Origin: Sedimentisphaerales bacterium
GTDB taxonomy: Bacteria; Planctomycetota; Phycisphaerae; Sedimentisphaerales; Anaerobacaceae
Direction of reading: 5' to 3'
Length of the DNA stretch: 64,000 bases
Assembly: GCA_963708075.1 (NCBI GenBank)
Contig: OY970194.1
Coordinates: 3,744,001-3,808,000 of the forward strand
A program made the translations under genes and the position numbers. Shown in pieces: positions 9,846 through 19,644 of this stretch. Within the stretch, counting starts at the first letter, position 1, and each line of letters starts with the position of its first letter. The notes beneath the pieces were generated by a model that had not been told where the DNA came from, made no database searches, and saw only the letters and a list, made by a program, of their open reading frames with translations.

Positions 9846-10808
9846 CTATGCGTTGATCGCTCTATCTATTCGCCGGATCGTGTCGTCCACTTCCTTCGGC
9901 TTCATCATCCCGATGGTCACCGCGTCCACCAGTTGGTTCTGGAACACGTACCGCAGCGAGGCGTCCATCCGGTCGGGTCTGGCCAACTTTCCCGCTCCAA
10001 AGAGCTTCATGCCGACAACAATTTTGCCGTTGGCGCGGGCCTGCTTGAGAATGGGCGCCACCTCTTCCGGTGAGCCATCCATCTCCGCGTCCTTGCCCAC
10101 GTTGTTGATCCGGGCGATGAAGACATCCACCCAGGGATGGGCCGCCGCCACTTTCAGGGCGCCGACGTCGTGACAGGAGACACCCACGGCCCGCACGACG
10201 CCTTTCTGTTTGAGCTCGGACAGCTCGTCGCGGATGCGCTCGAACTCCTTCGGCCAGTCGGCGTTCTGCATGCAGTGGATCAGGCAGACGTCGAGGACAT
10301 CGGTGTTGAGTTCCTTGCGGAAGCGATCCACCTCCTCTTTGGCGCCGCCGGAAGGCGAGTTCCAGTACTCCTTCCTCGGCCAGATCTTGCTCGACAGGAT
10401 GTACTTGTCCCGCGGCACGCCCTTCAGAGCTGTCCCGACGTACGGATGGGCTCCATAAAGATCTGCGGTATCGATGAATGCGACCCCCTGGTCAATGCTG
10501 TGGCGAAGCAACTCGGTAAACGCCTTTTCCCCCAGCCGGGTGTGGGCGGAGGACCGTCCCCCGCCGTTCCACCCCGTGCCGTGTGCGATACGGGTGGCCT
10601 TAATGCCGGTCGGGCCCAATGTCACGATATCCGTGGCGCGGGACTTGCCGGAGGTCTTGCGTTTCTCGGCCCCGGCCAGCAGGCTGGACTGAGCCATCAC
10701 GGCCCCCGCACCAACAAGGGCGGTGGCGAGAAACCGGCGGCGGCTCTGTGAGAATTCAGATTTCAAATTTCGGATTTCGAGATTCTGGCAAGGTTTCTGA
10801 TCGTACAT
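9846..10808 (-). CDS. Aldo/keto reductase with Tat signal
   Basis: SRRRFLA, LGPTGIKATRIAHGTG, FIDTADLYG, LNTDVLDVCLIH and VRAVGVSCH. Start placed at ATG 10808 after an AAAGGA RBS; the ORF track starts at 10844. Confidence 0.88.
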   Translation of the reverse strand: MYDQKPCQNLEIRNLKSEFSQSRRRFLATALVGAGAVMAQSSLLAGAEKRKTSGKSRATDIVTLGPTGIKATRIAHGTGWNGGGRSSAHTRLGEKAFTELLRHSIDQGVAFIDTADLYGAHPYVGTALKGVPRDKYILSSKIWPRKEYWNSPSGGAKEEVDRFRKELNTDVLDVCLIHCMQNADWPKEFERIRDELSELKQKGVVRAVGVSCHDVGALKVAAAHPWVDVFIARINNVGKDAEMDGSPEEVAPILKQARANGKIVVGMKLFGAGKLARPDRMDASLRYVFQNQLVDAVTIGMMKPKEVDDTIRRIDRAINA

Positions 10809-10830
10809 GGAACGATTCCTTTCAAATGGA

Positions 10831-13461
10831 TTACTTGTCACCAAGGCGTTTGATTCTCATGTTGCGATACCAGACGGGCCGGCCATGGTCCTGCAGGCCG
10901 ACATAACCGACGCGGGCAAAGTCCTTAATGGCTCGCGGGAACTTGTTCGACGTCCCGTCAGGGTTCTCTCGCGGCTTGACCCACCGGTCCACATCCATGT
11001 TGATGACCTGCTCACCATTGAGCACGACTTCGACGCGATTGCCCTTGCAGGTCAGCGTACAGCGGTTCCATTCGCCGGGCGGCTTAATGGCATTCTTCGA
11101 CGGTTCCTGGCAGTCGTAAACGGCGCCGGCGGTGCCGGTCTTGCTGAGTTTCTCCCGACCGTACGAGTTGGCCACCTGGACCTCGATGCCCGTATAAACC
11201 GGGTCTTTCACATCCGAGGTGCGAAAGAAGATGCCGCTGTTCGTGCCGTCCACGACCTTGAACTCCAGATCGAGGACGAAATCGCCGTAGGTGTCCTTCG
11301 TCCAGAGGTAATCGAAGTTATGCTCCTGGCCGTCCATCGCTCGGCGAACGGTCAGGATCCCATCCTGGACGATCCAGGAATTGTCCGGCCCGGTCGTCCA
11401 ACCGGCCAAGTCCCGGCCATTGAACAAGGTCACGAAGCTTTCGGCATCAGTCTTGAGCCCGGCGGCCTGCGGTCGATCCTTCTCAGTGAGCGGTCGAATG
11501 AGGAGATTGCGGAATTGGACCAGACTGGAGGCGGGACCCTGTTGGCCGGTCTTGGGATCGATGCCGCCGTGATGTTGCAGGCCGATGGGACCACGCTCAG
11601 GCAAGCCGGGCACCTGGGCATCTTCGATGACGAGATTGCCGTTGAGCATCACCGTGACGCGGTCGCCGACCACGGTGATGTCCATCGAATTCCACTGCCC
11701 AACTGGACGGTCCGCCGGTTCCTTCGGCACGACGGCGGCTCGCTGCGCCGGCGTCAGGCTCTTATCATTGCGGATGGACCACATCTCCCCGGAGCCAACC
11801 GGCCAGCACCACAGATTGACCTGTCCCCGGCCTGAGCCACGAAGGAGGATGCCGGAATCCGCATTGGGAGTCGGAGTCTCGATCACCTTGCCGCCGGCAT
11901 CGGTCTTGTACGAGCCGTCGGGCAGGATCGCAGGCATCGGGTACAGGTCGGAGGTCCCCTTGAATCGCCACTCCACGTGGAGGGCGAAATCACCGAATGA
12001 CTCCTGCGTCCACAGGTTCTTGTCACCCTTGGCTTCAGACTGAGCATCGTAATCGATCACGCCATCAATGACCTTCCAGTGCCCATTGTCCCCTTCGGGC
12101 ACCTTCCAGCCAGCAAGGTCCTTGCTATTGAAAAGGACCTGGTATGCAGGCCATTCCCGCCACGTGGGATACATCTCTTCCTGCGCGAGCTTGTGGAGCC
12201 GGGGCGGCGTGGGCGGATTGCCGTGGTTGTAGAAGATATACAGGCCGCCTTTGCCCGCGATCACGATGTCGTTGCGGCCGTCCCTGTTCATGTCGGCGAT
12301 GTTGAGCTTCATGCCGGCGCTGACCACATAATTGGGTGGCGGATTGATGCCCCCTTCCTCGGGATAGTACGGCAGATGATTGTATGAGAGGACGTGCCGC
12401 TCGAATTTCCCACCCTGGATGTCGTACCAGAAGGTATAGAGAGGGTCGAACGCTCCGATGTCCCGGCCGTGGTGGGCGAAGAGCCGCTTGCCGGTCACGA
12501 GGTCGGGCTTGCCATCGCCATTGAGATCGCCCATGGCGAAGGTGTGGAATTGGCTGTAGTCGGTCTCCACCCAGTGCGTCGTGAAGGTGCGTTTGCCCGC
12601 GGCGTCCACTTTCTGCTGAAGCCAGGCCATGCCGTAGTTGTGGGAGGCGCCGATGATGATGTCGTTGCGGCCGTCCTGGTCCACATCGTGGATGATGATC
12701 GGGTGCGACGCCGGCCCGCCCAGACCCTTATCCGCCTTGAACTCGTAGTCCGCGTGGAAGGTCCACGGCGTATCACTCGCCCGCTGCGGCTGCTCGTACC
12801 AGCCGATCTGCGTCACGATATCCACGCGCCTGTCGCCATTGATGTCGCCCATGCCGTTGCCGTGCACGTCGCCCTGGGTCCCCACGACATGTTCCACGAA
12901 CCACGGGGCCTTGTCGATGTGCTCCAGCCACGTCATGCCCTGGCCTTTGACCAGTGCCCAGTGATTGCACAGAATATCGTCATCGCCATCGCCATCGATG
13001 TCCCCGTGGATTACGCCCTCCATATTGATCGCCTGGTGGATGCGGGTGGACTTCCACACCACGTCCTTCTTGCCGGGATTCTCATACCAGAACGCCCCTT
13101 TGAGGAACATCCAGCCGGAGCTGACGATGTCCATCCGGCCGTCGAAGTTGACGTCCATGGCGAACTCGCTGTTGTCGTCCGTCTCCGGCCCGTTGGTCTC
13201 AGCCCCGTCTCGGAAGTCCGCGTGCTTGACCCAATCGGGCGCCTCGTACCAGTTGCGCCCCGCCGCGATATCCAGGTCCCCATCGCCGTCGAAGTCCAGC
13301 ACCGACGCACACTCACAGAACGGCCCGAACCAGTAGCTGTTGCGGCCCGGATCGTGAATAGGCCCGTCGATCTTGGTCGGGATAAAGATCACCTCCGCCG
13401 CCTGCACAGGCACCGCCATCATTATCGCCACAGCAATCCACAGCCACTTCTTTCCCGGCAT
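10831..13461 (-). CDS. Secreted FG-GAP/VCBS repeat protein fused to two DUF1080 (3-keto-disaccharide hydrolase family) domains
   Basis: Repeated DxDGDGxxD motifs. Two DUF1080 units (LFNSKDLAGW..GPIGLQHHG; LFNGRDLAGW..GYVGLQDHG..VWYRNMRIK). Start MPGKK at 13461 after a GGGGAG RBS. Confidence 0.85.
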   Translation of the reverse strand: MPGKKWLWIAVAIMMAVPVQAAEVIFIPTKIDGPIHDPGRNSYWFGPFCECASVLDFDGDGDLDIAAGRNWYEAPDWVKHADFRDGAETNGPETDDNSEFAMDVNFDGRMDIVSSGWMFLKGAFWYENPGKKDVVWKSTRIHQAINMEGVIHGDIDGDGDDDILCNHWALVKGQGMTWLEHIDKAPWFVEHVVGTQGDVHGNGMGDINGDRRVDIVTQIGWYEQPQRASDTPWTFHADYEFKADKGLGGPASHPIIIHDVDQDGRNDIIIGASHNYGMAWLQQKVDAAGKRTFTTHWVETDYSQFHTFAMGDLNGDGKPDLVTGKRLFAHHGRDIGAFDPLYTFWYDIQGGKFERHVLSYNHLPYYPEEGGINPPPNYVVSAGMKLNIADMNRDGRNDIVIAGKGGLYIFYNHGNPPTPPRLHKLAQEEMYPTWREWPAYQVLFNSKDLAGWKVPEGDNGHWKVIDGVIDYDAQSEAKGDKNLWTQESFGDFALHVEWRFKGTSDLYPMPAILPDGSYKTDAGGKVIETPTPNADSGILLRGSGRGQVNLWCWPVGSGEMWSIRNDKSLTPAQRAAVVPKEPADRPVGQWNSMDITVVGDRVTVMLNGNLVIEDAQVPGLPERGPIGLQHHGGIDPKTGQQGPASSLVQFRNLLIRPLTEKDRPQAAGLKTDAESFVTLFNGRDLAGWTTGPDNSWIVQDGILTVRRAMDGQEHNFDYLWTKDTYGDFVLDLEFKVVDGTNSGIFFRTSDVKDPVYTGIEVQVANSYGREKLSKTGTAGAVYDCQEPSKNAIKPPGEWNRCTLTCKGNRVEVVLNGEQVINMDVDRWVKPRENPDGTSNKFPRAIKDFARVGYVGLQDHGRPVWYRNMRIKRLGDK

Positions 13462-13723
13462 AGTCACTCCCCTTGCATTACTCCTGATTGAGTTGAACAG
13501 CGATGATGTCCATAAGGCCGCCTCACGACAGCGTCGAACGTGGCACGCTCGATACACCGATGCCTCATGCTAATCCCCGCAGACAGAAGCGTCAACGATG
13601 TTTCTTGCTGGCCAACTCGTCCGACACACAGTAAGATGGCCCCGGCCCGACAACCGCAGGCACGTAAATCCGAGATTGCCTGCAGCCAGGCCTGGGAACG
13701 GTTCCATACTAAGGAGATACCCA

Positions 13724-14986
13724 ATGACTGCCATGCCCCTGAACGTCCGAATCCGCCTGAGTATCATGATGTTCCTCCAGTACATGATGTTCGCCGCCTG
13801 GTGGGTGCAACTGGCGGCATACCTTGCCAAGACCGGCGTCGCGACCAACCTGCAGGGCTGGATCCTCAGTAGCATGCCCCTGGGCAGCCTGGTCTCGCCG
13901 ATCTTCTGCATGATCGCGGATCGCCATTTCGCCAGTCAGAAGGTGCTGATGGTCCTGAACCTTGCCTGTGCCGGTCTGCTATTCCTCGCAGCCCTGCAGG
14001 GCAATCCGACCATCCTGTTCGTGATCCTGCTGCTGGCGATGCTCTGCTATATGCCGACCTGGAGCCTGACCAGCGCGGTAGCGATGGCCAACGCCCCTTC
14101 GGACAAGTTCCCTCAGATTCGAGTGTTCGGGTCGATTGGTTGGGCGGCAGCCATGGTGTTCAGTCTCGCAGCGGATAAGCTCTTCAACGGCACAAAGATC
14201 GACGGCACCGCCATCCCTCTGTACTGTGGCGCCGGCACGGCCCTCGTGGCGGCCCTGCTGAATTTGACCCTGCCCAACACGCCTCCGCCGGCCAAGGGCA
14301 AGCCGGCTTCGATTATCGACGTCCTTGGCCTCCGCGCACTAGGCCTTCTGAAAAGCGGCAATTTCGCCTTCTTCATGCTCATCTCCATGCTGGCGATGGT
14401 CCCATTCACGATGTACTTCTCATTCGCGTCGCAATTTTTTATGAGCCAGGGCTTCACGCAGGTGACGGCGATCATGAGCTGGGGCCAAATCGCAGAGATC
14501 TTGATCATGCTTCTGGTTCCGATCGCATTGACACGCTACGGCGCTAAGTGGGCGATCACCGCGGGCCTTGGGATGCTGCTGGTGCGCTATATGGCGTTCA
14601 TGGCCGGCAGCACATTCGATCAGATATGGCTGTACTATGTGGCCATTCTCGTGCACGGCGCCATTTTCGGCTTCTTCATCGTCGGCGGCCAAGTGTACGT
14701 GGACAAGAAGGCACCACCGGAGATCAAGGCCCAGGCACAGGGACTGGTTGGACTGCTCCTGTTCGGCGTAGGCATGCTCATCGGCACGCTCTCCAGTGGA
14801 AAGCTGATCGGAATGTACACAACCGACAAAGGCACCAACTGGAACACAATCTGGCTCATCCTCATGGTAATGAGCGCGGTCCTGTGCGCGGCGTTCTGGC
14901 TGCTCTTCCGAGACGATGTCCTGAAGAAGGTCGCACCGGCAGCCCCGCTGGCCGGTCTCGATCAGGCAGAGGTGGCTAAGGCGTAA
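13724..14986 (+). CDS. MFS transporter, nucleoside:H+ symporter (NupG-like) family
   Basis: RLSIMMFLQY, IADRHF, FPQIRVFGSIGW, LPNTPP and YVDKKAP..AQAQG. AAGGAG RBS before ATG 13724. Confidence 0.85.
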   Translation: MTAMPLNVRIRLSIMMFLQYMMFAAWWVQLAAYLAKTGVATNLQGWILSSMPLGSLVSPIFCMIADRHFASQKVLMVLNLACAGLLFLAALQGNPTILFVILLLAMLCYMPTWSLTSAVAMANAPSDKFPQIRVFGSIGWAAAMVFSLAADKLFNGTKIDGTAIPLYCGAGTALVAALLNLTLPNTPPPAKGKPASIIDVLGLRALGLLKSGNFAFFMLISMLAMVPFTMYFSFASQFFMSQGFTQVTAIMSWGQIAEILIMLLVPIALTRYGAKWAITAGLGMLLVRYMAFMAGSTFDQIWLYYVAILVHGAIFGFFIVGGQVYVDKKAPPEIKAQAQGLVGLLLFGVGMLIGTLSSGKLIGMYTTDKGTNWNTIWLILMVMSAVLCAAFWLLFRDDVLKKVAPAAPLAGLDQAEVAKA

Positions 14987-14996
14987 GGGGCGGGAG

Positions 14997-16022
14997 ATGG
15001 AGAAGCTGGGCGCTGGGATCATTGGCTGCGGGGCGGTGGCGGAAGAGTATGTGAAGGCCTTTCAGGCCGACAGCCGGTCGGAAGTCCGGGCGCTGGTCAG
15101 CCGCAATCGCGCCAACGCGGAACGGTATCGTGACAGGTACGACCTCAAGTGCGCGATTGAGACCGATGCCGCGGCCATGCTTCGCATGAAGAATGTCGAT
15201 ATCGTTGTGGTGTGCACGCCGCATGATACGCACACTGCCTACGTCGTCGCGGCGGCGGAGGCCGGCAAGCACGTGATCATCGAGAAGCCTGTGGCGCTGA
15301 CTGTAGAGGATGTGCGGAAGCAGAGACAGGCCGTGAGCAGGAACAAGGTCAAGACGATTGTGAGCTTCGTGCTGCATTGGAACCCCCTGCTCATGACCGT
15401 TGATCGATTGATCGGCCAAGGCGCATTGGGCAACATCTTCATGGTCGAAGTGGACTATATGCACCGGATCTGGATGACGCCGGAGCAGAAATGGCTGGGC
15501 AGCAGCAAGCAGAGCGGCACGGCCATCCTCACGGGCGGCTGTCACGCCGTCGACGCGCTGCGATGGTTCGCACGCAGCGAGGCCGAGGAGGTGTCCGCAT
15601 ACCAGGTGAAGACGGAGAACCCCATCGAGTACCCCGGCACGATCTCCGTGAACGTCAAGTTTCGAGACGGCAAGGTGGGCCGGACGACCACCACCTTTGA
15701 TGCAAGGATGCCCTACGTTTTCAATATCGGCGTCTACGGCACCGAAGGCTCCATCCGCAATGACAGGGTGTTTGCACCGAAATTGTTCCCCGGCCAGAGC
15801 AATTTCCTTCAGGTCCCCTGCATCCTGCCTGAAAGCGCCGACGTCTCCCACCATCCTTTCCGGGCCGAGGTGTCCCATTTCCTCGATTGCATCATTGGAG
15901 ACAAGCGGCCGTTCCCGGACCTGGAGGACGCGGCCAAGACGCACGCCATTTGTTTCGCCGCCGATCTTTCGGCCGAACGGGGCAGGCCCGTGAAGCTCAG
16001 CGAGCTCGATGCCTCCATGTGA
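14997..16022 (+). CDS. Gfo/Idh/MocA family oxidoreductase (cytoplasmic)
   Basis: GIIGCGAVA, CTPHDTH, GKHVIIEKP and GCHAVD. Confidence 0.9.
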   Translation: MEKLGAGIIGCGAVAEEYVKAFQADSRSEVRALVSRNRANAERYRDRYDLKCAIETDAAAMLRMKNVDIVVVCTPHDTHTAYVVAAAEAGKHVIIEKPVALTVEDVRKQRQAVSRNKVKTIVSFVLHWNPLLMTVDRLIGQGALGNIFMVEVDYMHRIWMTPEQKWLGSSKQSGTAILTGGCHAVDALRWFARSEAEEVSAYQVKTENPIEYPGTISVNVKFRDGKVGRTTTTFDARMPYVFNIGVYGTEGSIRNDRVFAPKLFPGQSNFLQVPCILPESADVSHHPFRAEVSHFLDCIIGDKRPFPDLEDAAKTHAICFAADLSAERGRPVKLSELDASM

Positions 16023-16038
16023 GGGACGTGAGGTCGAT

Positions 16039-17079
16039 ATGATCAGTATCGCGGGAACACTCTCCAAGGCATGGATGCACCAGGTGCTCGGCGTCGTGTT
16101 CGACCGCGATTACTACTTCGATCCGATCTGGCGCCACGCCATCGACTGCCGGTGCAACGAGTACGCCGCCGAGGAATTCCCGGGGATGGGCCTTTTCTAT
16201 TCCGAATCAAATCTGGGGCGGATTCAATATTGGGACAAGGAACAGGTCCAGATCGGGGGCATTCAGCCAAACATGATCCTCGGCATGCTCCTCGGCGCCG
16301 ATTTTCTCCCGGCCGATGATCGCGACGCGGACATCACGCCGGGATGCCTTGCAGGCGTTGATCCCGGTGAGTTGCCCAGTCCCGAGACATTGCTGCGCCA
16401 TGATCTCGTTCGCCTGTTCGACGGTCAGATTGCCCGGATTCAGAGCGAGGGGCAGTTGTGCCCGATCCCCCCATTCTTCTGGGACACCTCAGGCCGAGCG
16501 ACAATCCATGGAGTCCTGACCACTGCCCAGAAATTCTACGGCGAGACCATATTCCTTGACCTGATGAACGACCCTCGCAAATGCCTGAGAATCCTGGACT
16601 GGATCGCGGATGCCTATATCGTGCTTTGCCGGCACTTTGCACAAAAGGCCCATCTGCCCATAACGGATGTCCACGTCGGCGAGTGCTCCGCCTGCATGAT
16701 CAGTCCCGCCCTGACGAAGGAATTCGTCGTGCCGGTGACGTCAAGAATTGCCCGTGCGCTCGGCCCCCTGCGGCTCCATTCCTGCGGGTCCAGCACTCAT
16801 CTGCTGGAGGCCATTTCTGAGATCGACCGCCTGCAATCAGTGGACCTCGGCGGCGAGACCTCGATCCGCAAGGCACGCGAGATCTTCGGCCCGGAGATGT
16901 TGATAAGCATCGCCGCGCTGCCGCGTGACATGTCAGCAGAAAGCTCTGAACCCCTATTGAATTGGGCCGGACGAATCCTCGAAGAGAACGCGGGTGGCAA
17001 CCTTGTGTGCGTCTATCACCTTGAGCCGGCCTACAACCTGGAAGCGATCCGGTCGCTGACCGACTATCTGCGGCAGTGA
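16039..17079 (+). CDS. Uroporphyrinogen decarboxylase / MtaA-like TIM-barrel protein
   Basis: GETIFLDLMNDP, VGECSACMISP..KEFVVP and RLHSCG. Family assigned by eye. Confidence 0.6.
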   Translation: MISIAGTLSKAWMHQVLGVVFDRDYYFDPIWRHAIDCRCNEYAAEEFPGMGLFYSESNLGRIQYWDKEQVQIGGIQPNMILGMLLGADFLPADDRDADITPGCLAGVDPGELPSPETLLRHDLVRLFDGQIARIQSEGQLCPIPPFFWDTSGRATIHGVLTTAQKFYGETIFLDLMNDPRKCLRILDWIADAYIVLCRHFAQKAHLPITDVHVGECSACMISPALTKEFVVPVTSRIARALGPLRLHSCGSSTHLLEAISEIDRLQSVDLGGETSIRKAREIFGPEMLISIAALPRDMSAESSEPLLNWAGRILEENAGGNLVCVYHLEPAYNLEAIRSLTDYLRQ

Positions 17080-17083
17080 AATC

Positions 17084-17105
17084 GGTGGAGCAAGCCCCAC
17101 CCTAC
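17084..17105 (-). repeat. GTAG REP-like family B between convergent genes
   Basis: GTAGGGTGGGGCTTGCTCCACC, near-identical to 48415-48436 including the flanking AAATCGGT. Confidence 0.75.
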
Positions 17106-17108
17106 TAC

Positions 17109-18350
17109 TCACCCTTCCTGGATCGTCATTGCCTCACGGTCGTAGTTCTGGCGCCTGCCGGTTTCGAGGGCCTGGAAGCACATGATGCTCGCAACAGAAT
17201 GTGCATACCCTGCCTCGATGGGCGCGTTCGGCTCCTGGCGGGACCTGATACAGTCGAGCCAGTTGCGCATATGCGCTTCCGTCAGGTCGCCCTGCGGGAC
17301 GGGCGCGACGACGACCGGCTCTTTGAGGGCATCTTTGCCGCCGCCATCGGCGCGGGCTGTCCAGGTCTTGATGTCGAACGTGCCCCGAGTGCCGTAGAAA
17401 ATCACCTCCCCAAACGTCTGGCTATTGCCCAGACGGGTGGAGTAGTTCAGCATGAATTCCTTTGGGTATGTCAGGATGCAATCGACTGTATCGGCGTGCT
17501 CACGTCCATCCTTCCAGACGTACACGCCGCCGAGCGCCACGGCCGAGGCGGGGAGAGGATCATCCATGAACCACGTCGCGACGTCCATCCGATGCACCCC
17601 CAGCAGAGCCGGCGTGCCCAGTGTGAAATCTTTGTACAGGTGCCAGCGACGGAAGCGTTTCGCATCGAAGGCCTGGCGCGGCAGATTCATCAGGAAGCCC
17701 TCCCAGTCCACGTCCTCCTGATGGACATCGCTATAGCCGCGAGCCCATCTCGGGCCGGCATCATGATAGAATGCTTCCACCTCGCTGATTTTGCCCAGGA
17801 TGCCGGACTGAACCAGCTCCGCCGCCTTCTTGTGCCGCAGATCACTGCGAAATTGTGTCCCCACCTGCACGACGGCCTTGTTCTGGCGGGCAAGCTTCAC
17901 GGCCTCCTGGGCATACGTCAACTGCGTAGCCATGGGCTTTTCCACGTACACATCCTTTTTCGCCTTGAGGGCATCCACCAGGATGGGGGCGTGCGCGAAA
18001 TCTGCGGTCGCAATAATCACGGCGTCGATATCGGCTCGCGAAAGGACGTCGCCATGCCGCGAGCACGTGTCCGGAACGGTATTCTGTCGCTTTGCCAAGT
18101 CTGCGAGGGTCCTTTTGATATTGACCTTCCATACATCGCACAGGACCTTGATTTCGAGATCGTGCTCGCCTTTCAATCCCAGGGCGGCTTGCATCAGGGC
18201 GTTGCCCCGACCCCCGCAGCCGATCAGGCCGATGGAGATGCGCTCATTGGCTCCAAAAGCCGTTGCGGGAATCAGGGTCGGCATCGCGACGCTCGCAGCG
18301 CCAACCGCTGCATTCTTGACGAATTCCCGGCGACTGGACTTGCTGTTCAT
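17109..18350 (-). CDS. Gfo/Idh/MocA family oxidoreductase with Tat signal
   Basis: SRREFVK, GLIGCGGRG, KDVYVEKP and VQVGTQFRS. Confidence 0.9.
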   Translation of the reverse strand: MNSKSSRREFVKNAAVGAASVAMPTLIPATAFGANERISIGLIGCGGRGNALMQAALGLKGEHDLEIKVLCDVWKVNIKRTLADLAKRQNTVPDTCSRHGDVLSRADIDAVIIATADFAHAPILVDALKAKKDVYVEKPMATQLTYAQEAVKLARQNKAVVQVGTQFRSDLRHKKAAELVQSGILGKISEVEAFYHDAGPRWARGYSDVHQEDVDWEGFLMNLPRQAFDAKRFRRWHLYKDFTLGTPALLGVHRMDVATWFMDDPLPASAVALGGVYVWKDGREHADTVDCILTYPKEFMLNYSTRLGNSQTFGEVIFYGTRGTFDIKTWTARADGGGKDALKEPVVVAPVPQGDLTEAHMRNWLDCIRSRQEPNAPIEAGYAHSVASIMCFQALETGRRQNYDREAMTIQEG

Positions 18351-18385
18351 ATCGAGTCCTCCCTTCTATGCCCCGGACGATCCAT

Positions 18386-18414
18386 GTACGGGCGGGTTTG
18401 AAACCCGCCCCTAC
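18386..18414 (-). repeat. REP-like family A whose GTAG supplies the lactonase stop codon
   Basis: GTAGGGGCGGGTTTCAAACCCGCCCGTAC on the minus strand, with TAG at 18411-18413. Confidence 0.85.
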
Positions 18415-19556
18415 GGATTACCGGAGACGGTGACCATCTTCAGGCAGACGGGCATGGACACCCGGCAGACCTGTCCCGTGGGTATCAACGCGCCAAGGTC
18501 CTGGTTGATGCGAAAGCTGACGATGGTGCCGCTGTCCTGATTGGCAACCAGCAGGAATGTGCCGGATGGGTCAATCGCGAAATTGCGAGGGGTCTTGCCC
18601 TGGGTGGGCTCGTGGCCGAGCAGGCGAAGTCCGCCGGTCTTGTCATCCACTGCGAAGATGGCGATGCTGTTATGCCCGCGGTTGGAGCCATAGAGGAATC
18701 GCCCGGACGGATGCACGTGAATGTCGGCGCACGTGTTCGCACCCTGGAAGCCCGCAGGCAGAGTCCCGATTTTTTGGAAAGGCTTCAGCGTGCCGGCATC
18801 CGCATCGTAGGTATATGCCGCGATTGTGGAGCTGAGCTCCTCGATCACGTACACGTACTTGCCGGTGGGGTGAAAAGCAATGTGCCTCGGCCCTGATCCG
18901 GGCTCGGACCGCACGAAGGGCGGGTCATTGGGTAGCAGTTTGCCCTGCTCGAAATCAGGACGGTAGACCATGACCTTGTCAATCCCCAGGTCCGCCGCCA
19001 ACGCATAGCGATTCCCGGCATCGAGTACGACGCAGTGGGCGTGCGGCCCTTTCTGGCGGTTTGGATTGACGCTGGAGCCTTCATGTTGCACCACACTGGT
19101 GGCGGGTTGCAGCCGGCCGTCGTCGGCGATGGGAAGCATAGCCACGTGGCCGCTGCCATAGTTGGCCACGAAGAGGAACCGGCCCTCGCGGTCAACAGTC
19201 ACATAGCACGGCCCCTGCCCTCCCGACGGCTGCTCGTTCAAGATGGTCAACTCACCTGTGGTCGAATTGCGCGACAAGGCAACCACGGCTCCGCCCTGGC
19301 GGCCGGACTCCCGGACCGCATATATACACCGTCCCTTGGGGTCGATGGCCAGGAACGAGGGGTTCTCCAGACCGGCCGTCTTGCTGACGGATGTCAGGGC
19401 CCCGGTGGAAGGGTCCAGGCGGTAGACGTAGATGCCTTCGCTACCCTTGCCGGTGTATGTCCCCACGTACACCAAGGCGTCCCGGGGTTCTGAGGCCGCC
19501 CACAGCGGCCCCACGGCCAGACAACTCAAGCACATCGCTACGATTGCACGCTTCAT
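18411..19556 (-). CDS. Lactonase family protein (6-phosphogluconolactonase-like beta-propeller), secreted
   Basis: YVGTYT, NPSFLA, VANYGSG, GPHAH, GSGPRH, SNRGHNSI and TPRNF. Signal peptide starts at MKRAIV (19556). Confidence 0.9.
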   Translation of the reverse strand: MKRAIVAMCLSCLAVGPLWAASEPRDALVYVGTYTGKGSEGIYVYRLDPSTGALTSVSKTAGLENPSFLAIDPKGRCIYAVRESGRQGGAVVALSRNSTTGELTILNEQPSGGQGPCYVTVDREGRFLFVANYGSGHVAMLPIADDGRLQPATSVVQHEGSSVNPNRQKGPHAHCVVLDAGNRYALAADLGIDKVMVYRPDFEQGKLLPNDPPFVRSEPGSGPRHIAFHPTGKYVYVIEELSSTIAAYTYDADAGTLKPFQKIGTLPAGFQGANTCADIHVHPSGRFLYGSNRGHNSIAIFAVDDKTGGLRLLGHEPTQGKTPRNFAIDPSGTFLLVANQDSGTIVSFRINQDLGALIPTGQVCRVSMPVCLKMVTVSGNP

Positions 19557-19644
19557 ATCGCAAGTCCTCACAAGATGATCATCGTTCCATGACCCTGCAT
19601 GCCCGGCTATCCTATCCCCCAAGTCACCCGCATTCAAGCGATGT

